Shown here: positions 11,691 through 22,216 of the stretch, piece after piece
Position numbering within the stretch: the stretch's first letter is position 1
Layout of the letters: each line of letters opens with the position of its first letter
Notes under the pieces: generated by a model
Told to the model about the DNA's origin: nothing
The model's database searches: none
Seen by the model: only the letters and a program-made list of their open reading frames with translations
Position numbers and translations under genes: made by a program
Assembly (NCBI GenBank): GCA_965218435.1
Contig: CBDCKW010000005.1
Location: 416,001 to 480,000 of the forward strand
Length of the DNA stretch: 64,000 nucleotides
Direction: 5' to 3'
Origin: Truepera sp.
GTDB lineage: Bacteria; Deinococcota; Deinococci; Deinococcales; Trueperaceae

Positions 11691-12446
11691 CTACACGGGC
11701 ATCTCTTCCCAGGTGCGACCGTCCAAAACTCGGCCGCCGGACTTGGGCGTAGCTCCGCCCCACTGCATAAAGAAAAAAGGTACGCCTTGGCTTGTGCTCT
11801 GGTCACGGAGGTCGCGAACCCAGTCGGCGTCGAGTGGACGGGCACCCGGCCCGGACTCTCCGGCAACCGTGACCCAGCCGACGCCGTCAAGGTTCAGGTT
11901 CGGCAGCGGGCCGAGCAGGGGCTCGAGCGCCAAAAAGCGCACGGCAGCGTCTACCCGGCGGAGATCGTCGGTACGGTGTAGTTGGCGCTCGTCCTCGACC
12001 GAGGTGCCGACCCAGACGTTATCCGGCCAATCAAGCTGCGGGGACAGCTGAGCGAGCCGCCGGGCGCGTTTGGTCAGCACCTGATAGGTATGCTGCGGCG
12101 TCGCACGCATCGTCTCGACCACTTGCTGGATGTAGTCGAGCGGAACCTTGGCGTGGAACAGGTCGCTCATGCTGTCAACGAAAATGTGCCGGGAGCGTTT
12201 CCAGTGTCGGGGCTGCTCGAGCGTATCAGGGTGCAGCGTCAGTCCAAAGCCAGGTCCGCTGGTGCGTGGGTCGCCGTCATGTTGATATTTCGCCTGGCCC
12301 ATTCCCTTGAGCCGTTCTGAAAACGCAAGGGCGTAGCAGTGATCGCACCCTTCAGAAATCCGGTCGCACCCAGTGGTAGGGTTCCACGAGGTCGTTTTCC
12401 ACGCGATAGAGCTGTTGTCCGCCGTCAAAATCTGCCGTGTACCCAT
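11691..12446 (-). CDS. DUF5131 family (phage Gp37/Gp68-like, radical-SAM-like) protein
   Basis: SWNPTTGCDRISEGCDHCYA, DSMSDLFH, LTKRA, EPLLGP, GESG, FFMQWGG; GGAGGA RBS before 12446. Confidence 0.92.
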   Translation of the reverse strand: MGTRQILTADNSSIAWKTTSWNPTTGCDRISEGCDHCYALAFSERLKGMGQAKYQHDGDPRTSGPGFGLTLHPDTLEQPRHWKRSRHIFVDSMSDLFHAKVPLDYIQQVVETMRATPQHTYQVLTKRARRLAQLSPQLDWPDNVWVGTSVEDERQLHRTDDLRRVDAAVRFLALEPLLGPLPNLNLDGVGWVTVAGESGPGARPLDADWVRDLRDQSTSQGVPFFFMQWGGATPKSGGRVLDGRTWEEMPV

Positions 12447-12504
12447 CTTGTCCTCCTGCTCATCGGCGGCGAACCGGTAGATCGCCGCCAGGTTGCTTAG
12501 CGGC

Positions 12505-13368
12505 TCAGGCTTGTGTCGCTTGCGCAAAAACTTGAGCAGGCGTAGTCGTACCCGCGACCGACTCGGTGCCGGGCACGCCGGAGCCGATCCAACCCGAGTT
12601 GTAGGCGTCTTCCATCTCCAGGTAAGGACGGATAAAACCGGGGGGCGTCCCCTGCGTTTCGAGGGTCGCTTCCCACTGCTCGCGGGGAATCGCGCGCGCC
12701 GTAACTTCACGTCCGAGCACCTCAGCCATCGCGCGGGCGAGGTCGTCCGGGGAGGTGGGAGAGCCGAGTTCCACGATCTTTTTACCGCTCCAGTCACCGA
12801 CCAGCAACCGGGCAATCTCAGTGCCGATGTCCTCTGTCGCCGCCATCAAAAAGGTGCGGTCCGTGGGTTGCAAAAAGCTGTCGAAGCGCCCACTCGAGGC
12901 CGCCGCGTCGAGCGAACGGGTGTAGTTTTCCAGAAACGAGCCGGGCCGGACAAAGGCAGTTGGAAAGGGCAGGTCGTTCAGTCCTTCCTCGAGCAAGTGA
13001 GTCGCCGTGATCATTCCGAGACCGCTCTTTTGCTGTGAGCCGATTGAGGAAAGCGCCACCAGTCGTGGTACGGGAACCTGACGCAGCGCCTCACGGAAGC
13101 TGTCAACGATCGCCCGCGCTTCCGGAAAGCCCGGTGCCGGGGTAAAGAAGGGCGGTAACATCAAGTAGGCACCTGCAACACCTTCAAGTGCTGAAGAGAG
13201 GGCGGCAACGTCGTTGAAGTCGCCTTGGCGGATGTCTACGCCCTGCTGCGACCATGCGGCAGCCTTCTCAGGGTCGCGGGTCAGCGCACGCACCGCATGT
13301 CCTTCTTGCAGCAGCCATTGTGCGGTTGCTCCGCCTACTTTTCCGGTAATTCCAGTGATAAAAAACAT
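12505..13368 (-). CDS. NmrA family NAD(P)-binding protein
   Basis: ITGITGKVGG, RPGSFLEN. Confidence 0.9.
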   Translation of the reverse strand: MFFITGITGKVGGATAQWLLQEGHAVRALTRDPEKAAAWSQQGVDIRQGDFNDVAALSSALEGVAGAYLMLPPFFTPAPGFPEARAIVDSFREALRQVPVPRLVALSSIGSQQKSGLGMITATHLLEEGLNDLPFPTAFVRPGSFLENYTRSLDAAASSGRFDSFLQPTDRTFLMAATEDIGTEIARLLVGDWSGKKIVELGSPTSPDDLARAMAEVLGREVTARAIPREQWEATLETQGTPPGFIRPYLEMEDAYNSGWIGSGVPGTESVAGTTTPAQVFAQATQA

Positions 13369-13635
13369 CGTTTTTCCTTTCTTGAGTGCGGGGGCTCGAG
13401 GCGGCCCTAAGAGCGGCGCAAAGGCTGCCCGTCCCACACCTCGCTAACGCCGAGCTGCAAAATCCAGTGATTTGTGATACAGAAAAGCTAGTCCCGGCCT
13501 ACCTCAACTATTTTCGGGTCATATCAGGCGCGAGTGTCGCAAGTACGGACGCCGGGCGCGCGGCCGTAGCAGGGCTGAAAACGTTTCGTGAGGGACAGCT
13601 GTGCTTAAGTGGGGCTCACGGTTTGTCCAGTAAAG

Positions 13636-14280
13636 CTAAGCGGGTGCACCTGCTGCGAAGAGCAGCGTGACGCCGAGACTGCCGTAAGGCTGCCAGACTC
13701 TAGCGATCTCTCCTATTTCCGCTTCAGTCGGGAGGTGGTCGAGGTTGTAACACTTTTTGACTGCTTTACGGAGCATGAGGTCACCCGTCGGCACCACATT
13801 CGTCCGGCGCAGACAGATCAGGAGAGCACCATGGACGGTCCAGGTACCGATACCTTTAATCTGCGTCAGCTCCGAGAGAATTTGCTCATCCGGTAAGGCG
13901 CTGAGCCGCGCCTCGGAAAGCCGTCCGTCGGCGAAGTGCTCGGCGAGGTCAAGCACCGTCTTTGCCTTTCGCCCGGATAAGCCCAGCTCACGAAGGCTCT
14001 CCTCGCGCAGCTTGGCAACTGCTTGCGGACTTGGCAGACGCCCCCCGAACTCGCTGCTCAGTCGCCCTAAAATGGCCCGCGTCGCCTTGACTGAAAGCTG
14101 CTGACCGATGATTTGGAAGACGAGACAGCCGAATAATTCCATGACCGGCAGCTCTTCACGCCAGGCGTCCGGGTCGTCAGCCGGGCGTTCGTCAATCAAG
14201 GCTGCAAGCACCGCGTCGGCCGCGCGGAGGTGCGCAAATCCCCGGCGTATTTCTTGTGTTCGGCTCGTCGTCATGTTCAT
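13636..14280 (-). CDS. DNA-3-methyladenine glycosylase (HhH-GPD)
   Basis: IIGQQLS, LTQIKGIGTWT, PTGDL, WQPYGS. Confidence 0.9.
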   Translation of the reverse strand: MNMTTSRTQEIRRGFAHLRAADAVLAALIDERPADDPDAWREELPVMELFGCLVFQIIGQQLSVKATRAILGRLSSEFGGRLPSPQAVAKLREESLRELGLSGRKAKTVLDLAEHFADGRLSEARLSALPDEQILSELTQIKGIGTWTVHGALLICLRRTNVVPTGDLMLRKAVKKCYNLDHLPTEAEIGEIARVWQPYGSLGVTLLFAAGAPA

Positions 14281-14387
14281 CCTCCCGTCAGCGTGACTGC
14301 TTCGCCCCGGTCAGCGACACAAAAATTCGGTTTTATGCGTCTTATTATCCTCGAGCTGCAGTCAAAAGCTACAGTCAAGAGTTATTT

Positions 14388-14975
14388 TTAGCGGGCCGCG
14401 TCTACGTGGGGTCTAAACGTCCAGTTGATCCTCTCGCCAACGGGACGCGCCGTTTTTGGAACGGCGTGCAGCCAGTTCTCCTGACAGCCGGGGAGCATGA
14501 TCAGTAGCGTTCCACTCTCGAGCTGGTAATCAACCGTTTCACCGCTGTCTTTATGCCTTAGCTTAAACTTGCGCGTGCTGCCCAAGCTCAGTGAGGCAAT
14601 CGCTGGCCTTTCACCCAACTGAGCAAGGTCGTCGGCGTGCCAACCAATCGAGTCTTTGCCCGTCCGGTAGCGGTTGCCGACGGCAAAGTCGAATTTGTAG
14701 CCGCTTGCAGTCTGGATGCGCCCACGGGCCTCGAGCAAAAAATCGGGCCAGGGTTCGGCCTCAATACTGGCACCACGGTAGTTAAACGTCAGACCGGGAT
14801 CGCTGAATAAGACCTCATCGTGCGGTACGGGGACCTTTTTGCCGTACATATTGATCTCGCCTCGCATCCAGCCCAGGTTCTCGGAAGCTTGAAACCAACG
14901 AGCGGCTTCTTCCGGGGTTAGAAAGTTCGGGTAGAACTCGACGGGTGGGTTTAGTTTGGTGGCAAGATCTGTCAT
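14388..14975 (-). CDS. alkB: AlkB-family 2OG-Fe(II) dioxygenase (ALKBH2/3-like)
   Basis: NRYRTGKDSIGWHADD, HAVPK, RINWTFR. Confidence 0.92.
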   Translation of the reverse strand: MTDLATKLNPPVEFYPNFLTPEEAARWFQASENLGWMRGEINMYGKKVPVPHDEVLFSDPGLTFNYRGASIEAEPWPDFLLEARGRIQTASGYKFDFAVGNRYRTGKDSIGWHADDLAQLGERPAIASLSLGSTRKFKLRHKDSGETVDYQLESGTLLIMLPGCQENWLHAVPKTARPVGERINWTFRPHVDAAR

Positions 14976-15102
14976 GCTGGACCTTTCGTGGTGCTCTCTA
15001 GAGACATGTCGTCTTATCTTGGTCTACTAACAGCGTCGCAAAACTGCCCCTTACAGAGTTGTCCCCTCTCTTTTGAGCTCCTCTAGCGCCGGTAGCCACC
15101 GC

Positions 15103-15585
15103 TTAGGGCGAGGTCGAGTCCTCGTTCAGCGCCTCTATGACATCTTCTGTTAGCTCATCGAAAAAGGTGATGATCACGTTTCGTTCTGCAGGCTCGAGCC
15201 TGCTGATGCGGGCACGCAGCCGATCTAAAAAAACGTCGAGCTTAGGAACGCTTAGCGTTTCGCGTGTGAGCGCCTGCACCATAACGCTGCGCCGGTCGCT
15301 CGCGTGAGGTACGCGCTTGACGTAGCCACGTTTGACGAGTCGGTCGATCAGGGCGGTGGTCGCGCCCGAACTCATCTGGACTCGGTGTGCCACCTCTTTG
15401 GCACTTAAGGGACCGTAGAGACGGATGTGATTATAGGCCACGAGATCGGACGGAGCGACCTTTGTTTCAGCAGCGAGCATACTGCTGAGCGAGTGCAGCA
15501 TAGCGTCTAAGGCCATATACGAATCGAATAGTTCGCGACTAGAATCACCCTCCTCGGCACTTTGAGTAGCATCAGTTTCGAACAC
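15103..15585 (-). CDS. MarR family regulator
   Basis: SSGATTALIDRLVKRGYV, DRRSV. Confidence 0.9.
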   Translation of the reverse strand: MFETDATQSAEEGDSSRELFDSYMALDAMLHSLSSMLAAETKVAPSDLVAYNHIRLYGPLSAKEVAHRVQMSSGATTALIDRLVKRGYVKRVPHASDRRSVMVQALTRETLSVPKLDVFLDRLRARISRLEPAERNVIITFFDELTEDVIEALNEDSTSP

Positions 15586-15786
15586 AACTAAACTCTACAT
15601 CAAATTTACTCGTTATTAGAGTATTTTGGATTACGATATTCTCTTTTTTAGTTCTAATATAATACTCGTCGGCAGAGTGACCAAGCGGATAAGGTAGACG
15701 CCTCTGGGGGTACTGAAGTGACAGACTGCTCTATTTTAGTTTTCCTTAGAGTTAGTGGCGCGTTACCCACTACGAGGAGGAAACTA

Positions 15787-16640
15787 GGGAGTGTCATCAG
15801 TTGAAGGTCGAGCAGAGCTGGTTAAGATAGGTTTTTGGAGGGTGCTATGGTACGGCGCTACGCTTTGCGTGATGATCAGTAGGAGCGGATCGAAGATTTG
15901 CTGCCGCGACGAGCAGGCATAGTCGGGGTAACAGCCAAGGCTAACCGTTTGTTTGTCGAGGCAGTTTTGTACCGTTACCGTGCCGGTATTCCTTGGCGTG
16001 ACCTACCCGAACGCTTCGGTGACTTTCGCGTCGTTCATATCCGCCATAGTCGCTGGGCAAAAGCGGGGTGCGGGAACGGGTCTTTGACGCACTGGTAGCT
16101 GACGCAGATAACGAGTACGCGATGAAAGTGCCCCAAGTGAGGAACGAACGGCAGGGTATAGACGTAACCATCATGCGGGTTCACCAGCATAGTACTGGCG
16201 CTTAAAGCGGGTGAACAAGCCCTTGGACGCAGCCGGGGTGGGCTGAGTACCAAGATTCACGCTACCTGTGACGCGCTAGGCAATCCGACCGGCTTTTTCC
16301 TGACCCCCGGTCAAGCGCATGACCTACAAGGAGCCGACGCTCTATTACCGGGAATTGAAGCCGACTACTTACTTGCCGACAAAGCCTACAATGCCCAGGC
16401 ACGCGTCCTTGATATCCTTAGAAAGGTATCAAAGCGGCTATCCCGCCTAAATCCATGCGGCTCACGCCTCGCCGCTATGACGCCGAACGCGACAAAGACA
16501 GACATCATTGAAACCTTCTTCCTGAAACTTAAACACTTTTGTGCTGTCGCTACTCGTTAGGACAAAACCGCTCGTGACTTCCTCGCCGCTATCCACCTAG
16601 CTGCTGCAACCATCCTACTCGCTTAATTGATGACACTCTC
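15787..16640 (+). mobile_element. IS5-family (IS427-like) element, pseudogenised
   Basis: IR CTAG(G/A)GAGTGTCATCA at both ends; WRDLPERFG, GRSRGGLSTKIH; in-frame stops. Confidence 0.9.
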
Positions 16641-16810
16641 TAGTACACCGACCAGGTAGCATAGAGAGATAGACTAGAGAGCTTGTAACCCCGTTTCTGA
16701 CGCAAAAAGTAACTCAAAAACAATCCCTTAGTTCTACCTGGACATAGTACTAGTTGGGCAGCAGCGCGCGGCTTGGCTGCGTGCAGAAGAATTGTGTAAA
16801 ATCAAATGAT

Positions 16811-17431
16811 ATGAGAACACTAATCATCAACGCTTCTCAGCCTGTTGCCGGAATGTCCGAAGGAAAACTCAATGACTTCTTAGCCAAAGTCATTAGAGAT
16901 GAATTGGAACACAACGGACACGAAGTCCGACGCACACAGATTAACAGCGGCTACGACGTTGACGAAGAAGTTGAAAAACATCTTTGGGCCGACTTCATCA
17001 TCACGCAGTCGCCCGTCTACTGGTTCGGAAATCCCTGGATTTATAAAAAGTATGTAGACGAAGTTTTCAATGCCGGGATTCTTCAACAGAAGATGGTCGC
17101 AAATGACGGTCGGACACGCAGCGACCCAACGAAACAATACGGGACAGGCGGCCTAATGCAAGGCAAAAAATATATGCTTTCTCTGACTTGGAACGCCCCT
17201 GCCGAAGCCTTCAACGACGAGAAGCAGTTCTTGTTTGAGGGCAAATCGGTGGACGATTTTTTCATGTTCAACACCGCAAATTACAAGTTCTGTGGCGTAG
17301 AAATCCTGCCTTCTTTCTCTTGTCATGACGTGCTGAAGCAATGTGGAATTGAGCATGCCATCGGGCGTCTAAAGACGCACTTGGCTAGGGTGTTTGGGAA
17401 ATCCCCTCACCTATGTTTAGGTAGGGGGTGA
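16811..17431 (+). CDS. mdaB: MdaB-like NAD(P)H:quinone oxidoreductase (flavodoxin-like)
   Basis: PVYWFGNPW, DGRTRSDP, YGTGG, SLTWNAP; C-terminus runs into the IS5 end. Confidence 0.85.
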   Translation: MRTLIINASQPVAGMSEGKLNDFLAKVIRDELEHNGHEVRRTQINSGYDVDEEVEKHLWADFIITQSPVYWFGNPWIYKKYVDEVFNAGILQQKMVANDGRTRSDPTKQYGTGGLMQGKKYMLSLTWNAPAEAFNDEKQFLFEGKSVDDFFMFNTANYKFCGVEILPSFSCHDVLKQCGIEHAIGRLKTHLARVFGKSPHLCLGRG

Positions 17432-19566
17432 ATGGTCAAGCGAAAGCGGTATACAACGGACTTAAAAGAGCAAGAGTGGCAGGTTCTTGAGCCCTATCTA
17501 TTGCGGCTGATGCCGGAGCAGCCAAAAGGACGAAAAACGAGCTATCAGCTTAAGACACTGATTAACGCAGTTCGTTACGTTTTACGAAATGGCTGTACCT
17601 GGGGAGACTTACCGGGTGACTTTCCCCCTGCAGGTTAGGGTCACTAGACCCTTCGGCTAGAGCCGATGACCTAGTACCCAGCTAACCTGAAGCTTGCACT
17701 TTCGACATGGGGTAGAGCCTTCTGAGCTTAATGCGGGCATCATGGGTGGTGAACTGCTAGTTGATAGTCACAGCCTGCTCGTTGCGACTTTTCTGCCAGG
17801 CGGCGACCTCTCGTTCAAGACGTTGTGGACTCTCGATACGGCGGTTTAGACACTGAGACGAGAGCGCCGAAAGCTCAATCTCAGCCATATTCAACCAACT
17901 GCCATGCTCAGGCGTGTAGTGCCACTCGGTGCGCTCGGTAATAGCACGGGCTTCCTCGGGCTCAAAGGCTTCGTAGAGTGCAGCGGTAGTGTGAGTATTG
18001 AGGTTGTCGGTAATGAGCACCACCTTCTCAGCATACGCGTAGTCTTCCATAACGATGCGGCGCAGTTCATGGGCGAAGTCAATAGCGGTACGTCGCTCAG
18101 TGACTCGCACCGTTCGTTTGCCCGCAAGGGGCTCAACGGCGAGAAACAAATTGGCGGTGCCATGGCGAGTATATTCGTAGTCTTCTCTGGCGAACTGCCC
18201 AGGTTGCAACGCCAGGCTGCCGTGAGGCGTACTGTGCAGCTGCTTGCTCAGTTCGTCGAGACATATAACCGGACGTTTGGCGTTGTAGGGCCGGGCATAG
18301 ACCTCCAGCACATCTTCCATCTTGGCGACAAAGTGGCTGCTCGGCTTAGCTAGACACCAGCTCTTGACTCGCCAAGGCTTAAGTTCGTTTTTTTGAGCCG
18401 CTTGCACACGGCTACATTGCTGATGCTCTCGACGTAGCCCAACTCAACCATCTGCTCAGCTAAAAGCCTCAAGGTCCAGCGCTGTCTTCCGTCAGGGGGT
18501 TCGCTGCACGCCAGCATCACCAGCTTCGCCTCAATCTCTCCGGTGATTTTGGGAGCGGCACCAGGGCGAGTCTTCTCTCGTAGAGCTGTCTCTAAACCCT
18601 CTACGACGTATCGGCGACAGATGCTGCCTACGTGCTCACGCTGCACAGCAGCACTTCAGCGATCTCTTGGTAGTTTCGCTTTGGCTGCCGTTCTCGATCT
18701 GCCAGAAGCAGGATGCGGGCACGCGTGAGGGTGCGGGCCGAACTGCTGCCGGAACGGACCAAGCTGCTTAACTGCTCGTATTCTGCCTCGCTTAGGTGGA
18801 CGTGCAGATGTTGTCCCATGCCTCAGCTTTAACCTGGAAAGGGTAGAAATCAAGTTAGTTGGGTACTAGGCAGAGCGTCTACTATCACTTTGCCAAGTGG
18901 CGAGCGGTAGGGTTGTGGCGCAAGCTCAATAAACATCTGCGGAGAACGCTCAGGAAAAGGCTAGGACGTAACGAAGAACCGAGCGCCGGTCGTGCTGACA
19001 GCCAGTCGGTCAAAGCTGGAAGCTTGCATGGCAACGGCTTTGATGGGGCCAAGAGCGTCAACGGTAGCAAAAGGCATCTGCTGGTCGCTGCCCTCGGGCT
19101 AGTGCTGAGTGTGCTAGTCACGAGCGCGAATATACCCGAACGCAAATATACCCGAACGCAAAGGTCTGTCTTTACCGCTAACCCATAGTAAACCGCACTT
19201 GCCAAGGCTCTACTACTTATGGCTCGACCGAGGCTACAAAGGCGTTGCCTTCACTAATCGTATCCTCTTATGTTTCGGCGTCGTGCTTGAGATTGTTGCT
19301 CGTCGTAGTGAAAAAGGCTTCGGCTTACAAGCTAGGCGCTGGGTGGTGGAACGCACTTTTGCATAGGTGAGCATCGCAGATGCTGGGCACTATGTGCTTA
19401 ACCTATGGCTTGGAAACTACCGCCGACTCAGCAAAGACTACGAAACCCAGCCCACCTCGAGCGAAGCATTTATCTACTTAGCAAGTTGTGACCTTATCAC
19501 TAAGCGCCTTGCTAAAACCAACAACGCACCTTGGAGAAAACGGTGAGTCTATTCCCGAACACCCTC
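17387..19566 (+). mobile_element. IS5-family (IS1031-like) element, decayed and interrupted by IS630
   Basis: IRs AGGGTGTT(T/C)GGGAA; YTTDL, LPGDFPP / QSVYYHF, DSQSVK, RWVVERTF. Confidence 0.88.
17674..18866 (-). mobile_element. IS630-family element (pseudogene) nested in IS5
   Basis: IR GTACCCA(G/A)CTAAC, TA duplication; DNLNTH, HYTPEHGSWLNMAEIE; frameshift in OrfA and premature stop. Confidence 0.92.
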
Positions 19567-19805
19567 TAAGAGAAAGTGACCGACTTATGAGGAAAACTAC
19601 GCCGTATTCCAGCTACTGCTTTATCACCTCAGTTTCTGAACGTGCAAGGTAACCGTGCAGCTGTCTACGCCCCGACCCCGGCCCGTTACCGAACCCACCG
19701 AACGCAGCAACTTAGGCTGCTTTTGGGCCGAACTGCTGCAAAGTGTTGAGGCAGCTTAGTGTAAGTGGCGAAAAATCTCATTTAGCTAAAGAGTCACCTA
19801 AATAC

Positions 19806-19864
19806 TCAACCAGGTGGTTGACATAATGTTGTTCCTTTGCTAACCTTCAGCCAGATGGTTGAAG
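19806..19864 (+). promoter_or_regulatory. Sigma70 promoter overlapped by two TetR-type operators
   Basis: TTGACA-17 nt-TAACCT; TCAACCA-gg-TGGTTGA and TCAGCCA-ga-TGGTTGA. Confidence 0.75.
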
Positions 19865-19882
19865 TGCTGAGAAAGGAGTAAG

Positions 19883-20482
19883 ATGCCAACCCCTAAAACA
19901 CCTACACTTGCCAGCCGTGAAAGCCGTTCTCAGAGCATCGTCAGTGCAGCCTACAGCCTCATCGTTGAACGAGGCTTCGAGGGTTTCCGTATTCGTGAGG
20001 CCGCTGAACGCGCTGGGATTCACCACGCGACGTTGCTGCACTACTTCCCGACCAAAGTGGCGCTGATTCAAGGCGTGATTAAAGACATTGTCAGCCGCAT
20101 CGGCCGCGTGCCGAAGGGTGATCTCGGGGTGCTCCCGCCCCGTGACATCTTACATAACTACTTTGCGCACGTCCTCACGCAGATGAGGGACGTACCCGAG
20201 CAGTTCACCGTGCTTAACGAACTGCTTGCCAGAGCAGCGCGTGACGAAAAACTGCGTGAGGTCCTCGTAACTAACGATAAGAATTGGCAAGAGTTTCTCG
20301 TTTCCTTACTCGAGCTCGGCGTGGCAGAAGGTACGTTTAGACCCGACCTCGAGCCCCAAGCTGTTGCAACGCTCATCATGAGCACATTCAAAGGGTTTGG
20401 GTTTGGGCTGACGCTGACGCCGGAGCAGGCACAGCAGAGCGTGGCGCAGCTCGAGCGCTGGATCGTCGGGGAGAGTGCATAA
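19883..20482 (+). CDS. TetR/AcrR family regulator
   Basis: AERAGIHHATLLHYFPTK. Confidence 0.92.
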   Translation: MPTPKTPTLASRESRSQSIVSAAYSLIVERGFEGFRIREAAERAGIHHATLLHYFPTKVALIQGVIKDIVSRIGRVPKGDLGVLPPRDILHNYFAHVLTQMRDVPEQFTVLNELLARAARDEKLREVLVTNDKNWQEFLVSLLELGVAEGTFRPDLEPQAVATLIMSTFKGFGFGLTLTPEQAQQSVAQLERWIVGESA

Positions 20483-20584
20483 AGTCTGTCTTACGGAGGG
20501 AGCGACCATGAAGTGAACGATCTTATACCGTCAACTCAGCTCGTTTTTGACCTGTAAGTTCAACCTCTAAGAAAGGACGAACAC

Positions 20585-21211
20585 ATGAAACTTATCAATG
20601 CAGGACTAGGCCGTACCGGAACAACCTCGCTTAAGGGGGCGCTCGAGACACTCGGTTTCGCGCCGATCTATCACAGCATCGACTTCTTCGAGAGTCCTGA
20701 CGACCTGCATTTCTGGAAAGAGGCGCTGGAGGGCAAAGAGGTTGATTGGCAAGCTTTTTTTGCTCCGTATGAGGTTGCCGACTGGCCGGTTGCCCTGCGT
20801 TACCAAGACATCATCCGTGCTCACCCGGAGGCCAAGGTGATGCTCAGCGTACGCGACCCCGAAGCGTGGTTTGAAAGCATGAGCGGCACCTTAAATCAGA
20901 TGCTGAGTTTAGATTTACCCAATCCACAAGTCAGAAGGGTCAAAGCGTTTGTAGAAACACACATGATCGGCGGTCTCTTCGAGCGCAAGTCAAACGATCG
21001 AGCATCTATGATAGACGTTTTTGAGCGTCACACAGAGGCGGTCAAGGCGTTTGTCGGCGCTGAGTTGCTGGTTTACAACGTCAAAGAGGGTTGGGAACCG
21101 CTCTGCACCTTTTTAGAGGTGCCAGTTCCAGACGAACCCTTTCCGCGCCTTAACCAACGCGGCAGCCTTAGAGAGATGATTGTCGAGAAGTCTGGGGGTG
21201 CGCAGGAGTAG
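20585..21211 (+). CDS. Sulfotransferase-like P-loop protein
   Basis: INAGLGRTGTTSL, VADWP, RDPEAW, GWEPLC, PFPRLN. Confidence 0.88.
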   Translation: MKLINAGLGRTGTTSLKGALETLGFAPIYHSIDFFESPDDLHFWKEALEGKEVDWQAFFAPYEVADWPVALRYQDIIRAHPEAKVMLSVRDPEAWFESMSGTLNQMLSLDLPNPQVRRVKAFVETHMIGGLFERKSNDRASMIDVFERHTEAVKAFVGAELLVYNVKEGWEPLCTFLEVPVPDEPFPRLNQRGSLREMIVEKSGGAQE

Positions 21212-21222
21212 AGGAAAACGAC

Positions 21223-21712
21223 ATGACGCTGACGAAGATCGTCCAGTTTTTCTAGTTTGACGCTAACGGCACTTTCTACGGGTGTGTTTTACGGTACCAG
21301 GGTCAGTCTAGGTCTATCCAACAAAGATTTCTCGCCAAACACCTACACCGAGGTGCAGCAGGCGGGTCTGCGCAACGTCGCCCCGGTTATGACGCTGCTC
21401 TTGCCGGGGGCCGTCGCAACAAACTTGGCGGTGTTAGCCTTCTCAGCGTGGGAACACCGCTCGCCTACCTTTTTGCTCACTCTGAGTGAGTCTCTCTTAC
21501 GCCGCCTCGCTTGCCCTCGTGGGTTTCCTCGAACTGCCTATCAACATCCAGATGCTGTAAGCTAGTCACCGGAAAATCCTCCGGTGGATTGGGAGACTTT
21601 GAGAGACCGCTGGGGCGCGGTCCATACGGTAAGGACGGCGATCTCGGTGATCGGGTTTAGCTTTCTGGCGGCGGCAGCTCTGCTACCCTCGGCGCGTCCC
21701 AGCGGTGACTAG
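21223..21712 (+). pseudogene. DUF1772/anthrone oxygenase-like membrane protein
   Basis: Hydrophobic ORF with stops; PPVDWETLRDRWGAVHTVRT. Confidence 0.75.
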
Positions 21713-22216
21713 GTCGTCAAGCTACTCGGTCTATCTTCCTGACCGGGTTCAAGCTGTAGCCGAGATGGTGAGATTTAGACCAGCCTATTGGAGCGGAAAA
21801 CTCATCAGCAATGTGTACTAGATTGGGTAAACGTAAAACCGACAGGCAGCTTTTACCTTATACCTAAAGATGTTACGCATGTGATGAGCGCAAACTCGCC
21901 GTTGTATCTCATAACCTACTCACCACCAACAATCCTGATTCAGTGTAAAAAAGCTACGGCCTCTAGCGATAATTTTGGACTTCGGCAACAGTATAGCCCA
22001 GCACGCTGCTTATGCCGAGCGTAGTAGCGAGTGCCTAACGCGATAGGTGAACCGCTTATCATCAGCACTAACGCACCCTTCCTGTACACAGCGGCCACGT
22101 ACGCCGGAACCCAGTTCACACTTCGCCTCAGCAGTTACCTCGCTACATAAACAATGCCAGTTTCCGCCATTAGCACTTGGCCCACGGCGGCTAGGGCCGG
22201 AACGTCGCAGAGGCGC

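Noticed and set aside
12447..12815. N-terminal extension of DUF5131 in the ORF track
   Set aside because: It overlaps the NmrA gene in another frame; the RBS supports a start at 12446.
13436..13465. attC-like right ends (also 22030-22075)
   Set aside because: A GTTAG core is present but I found no matching R''/L'' partner.
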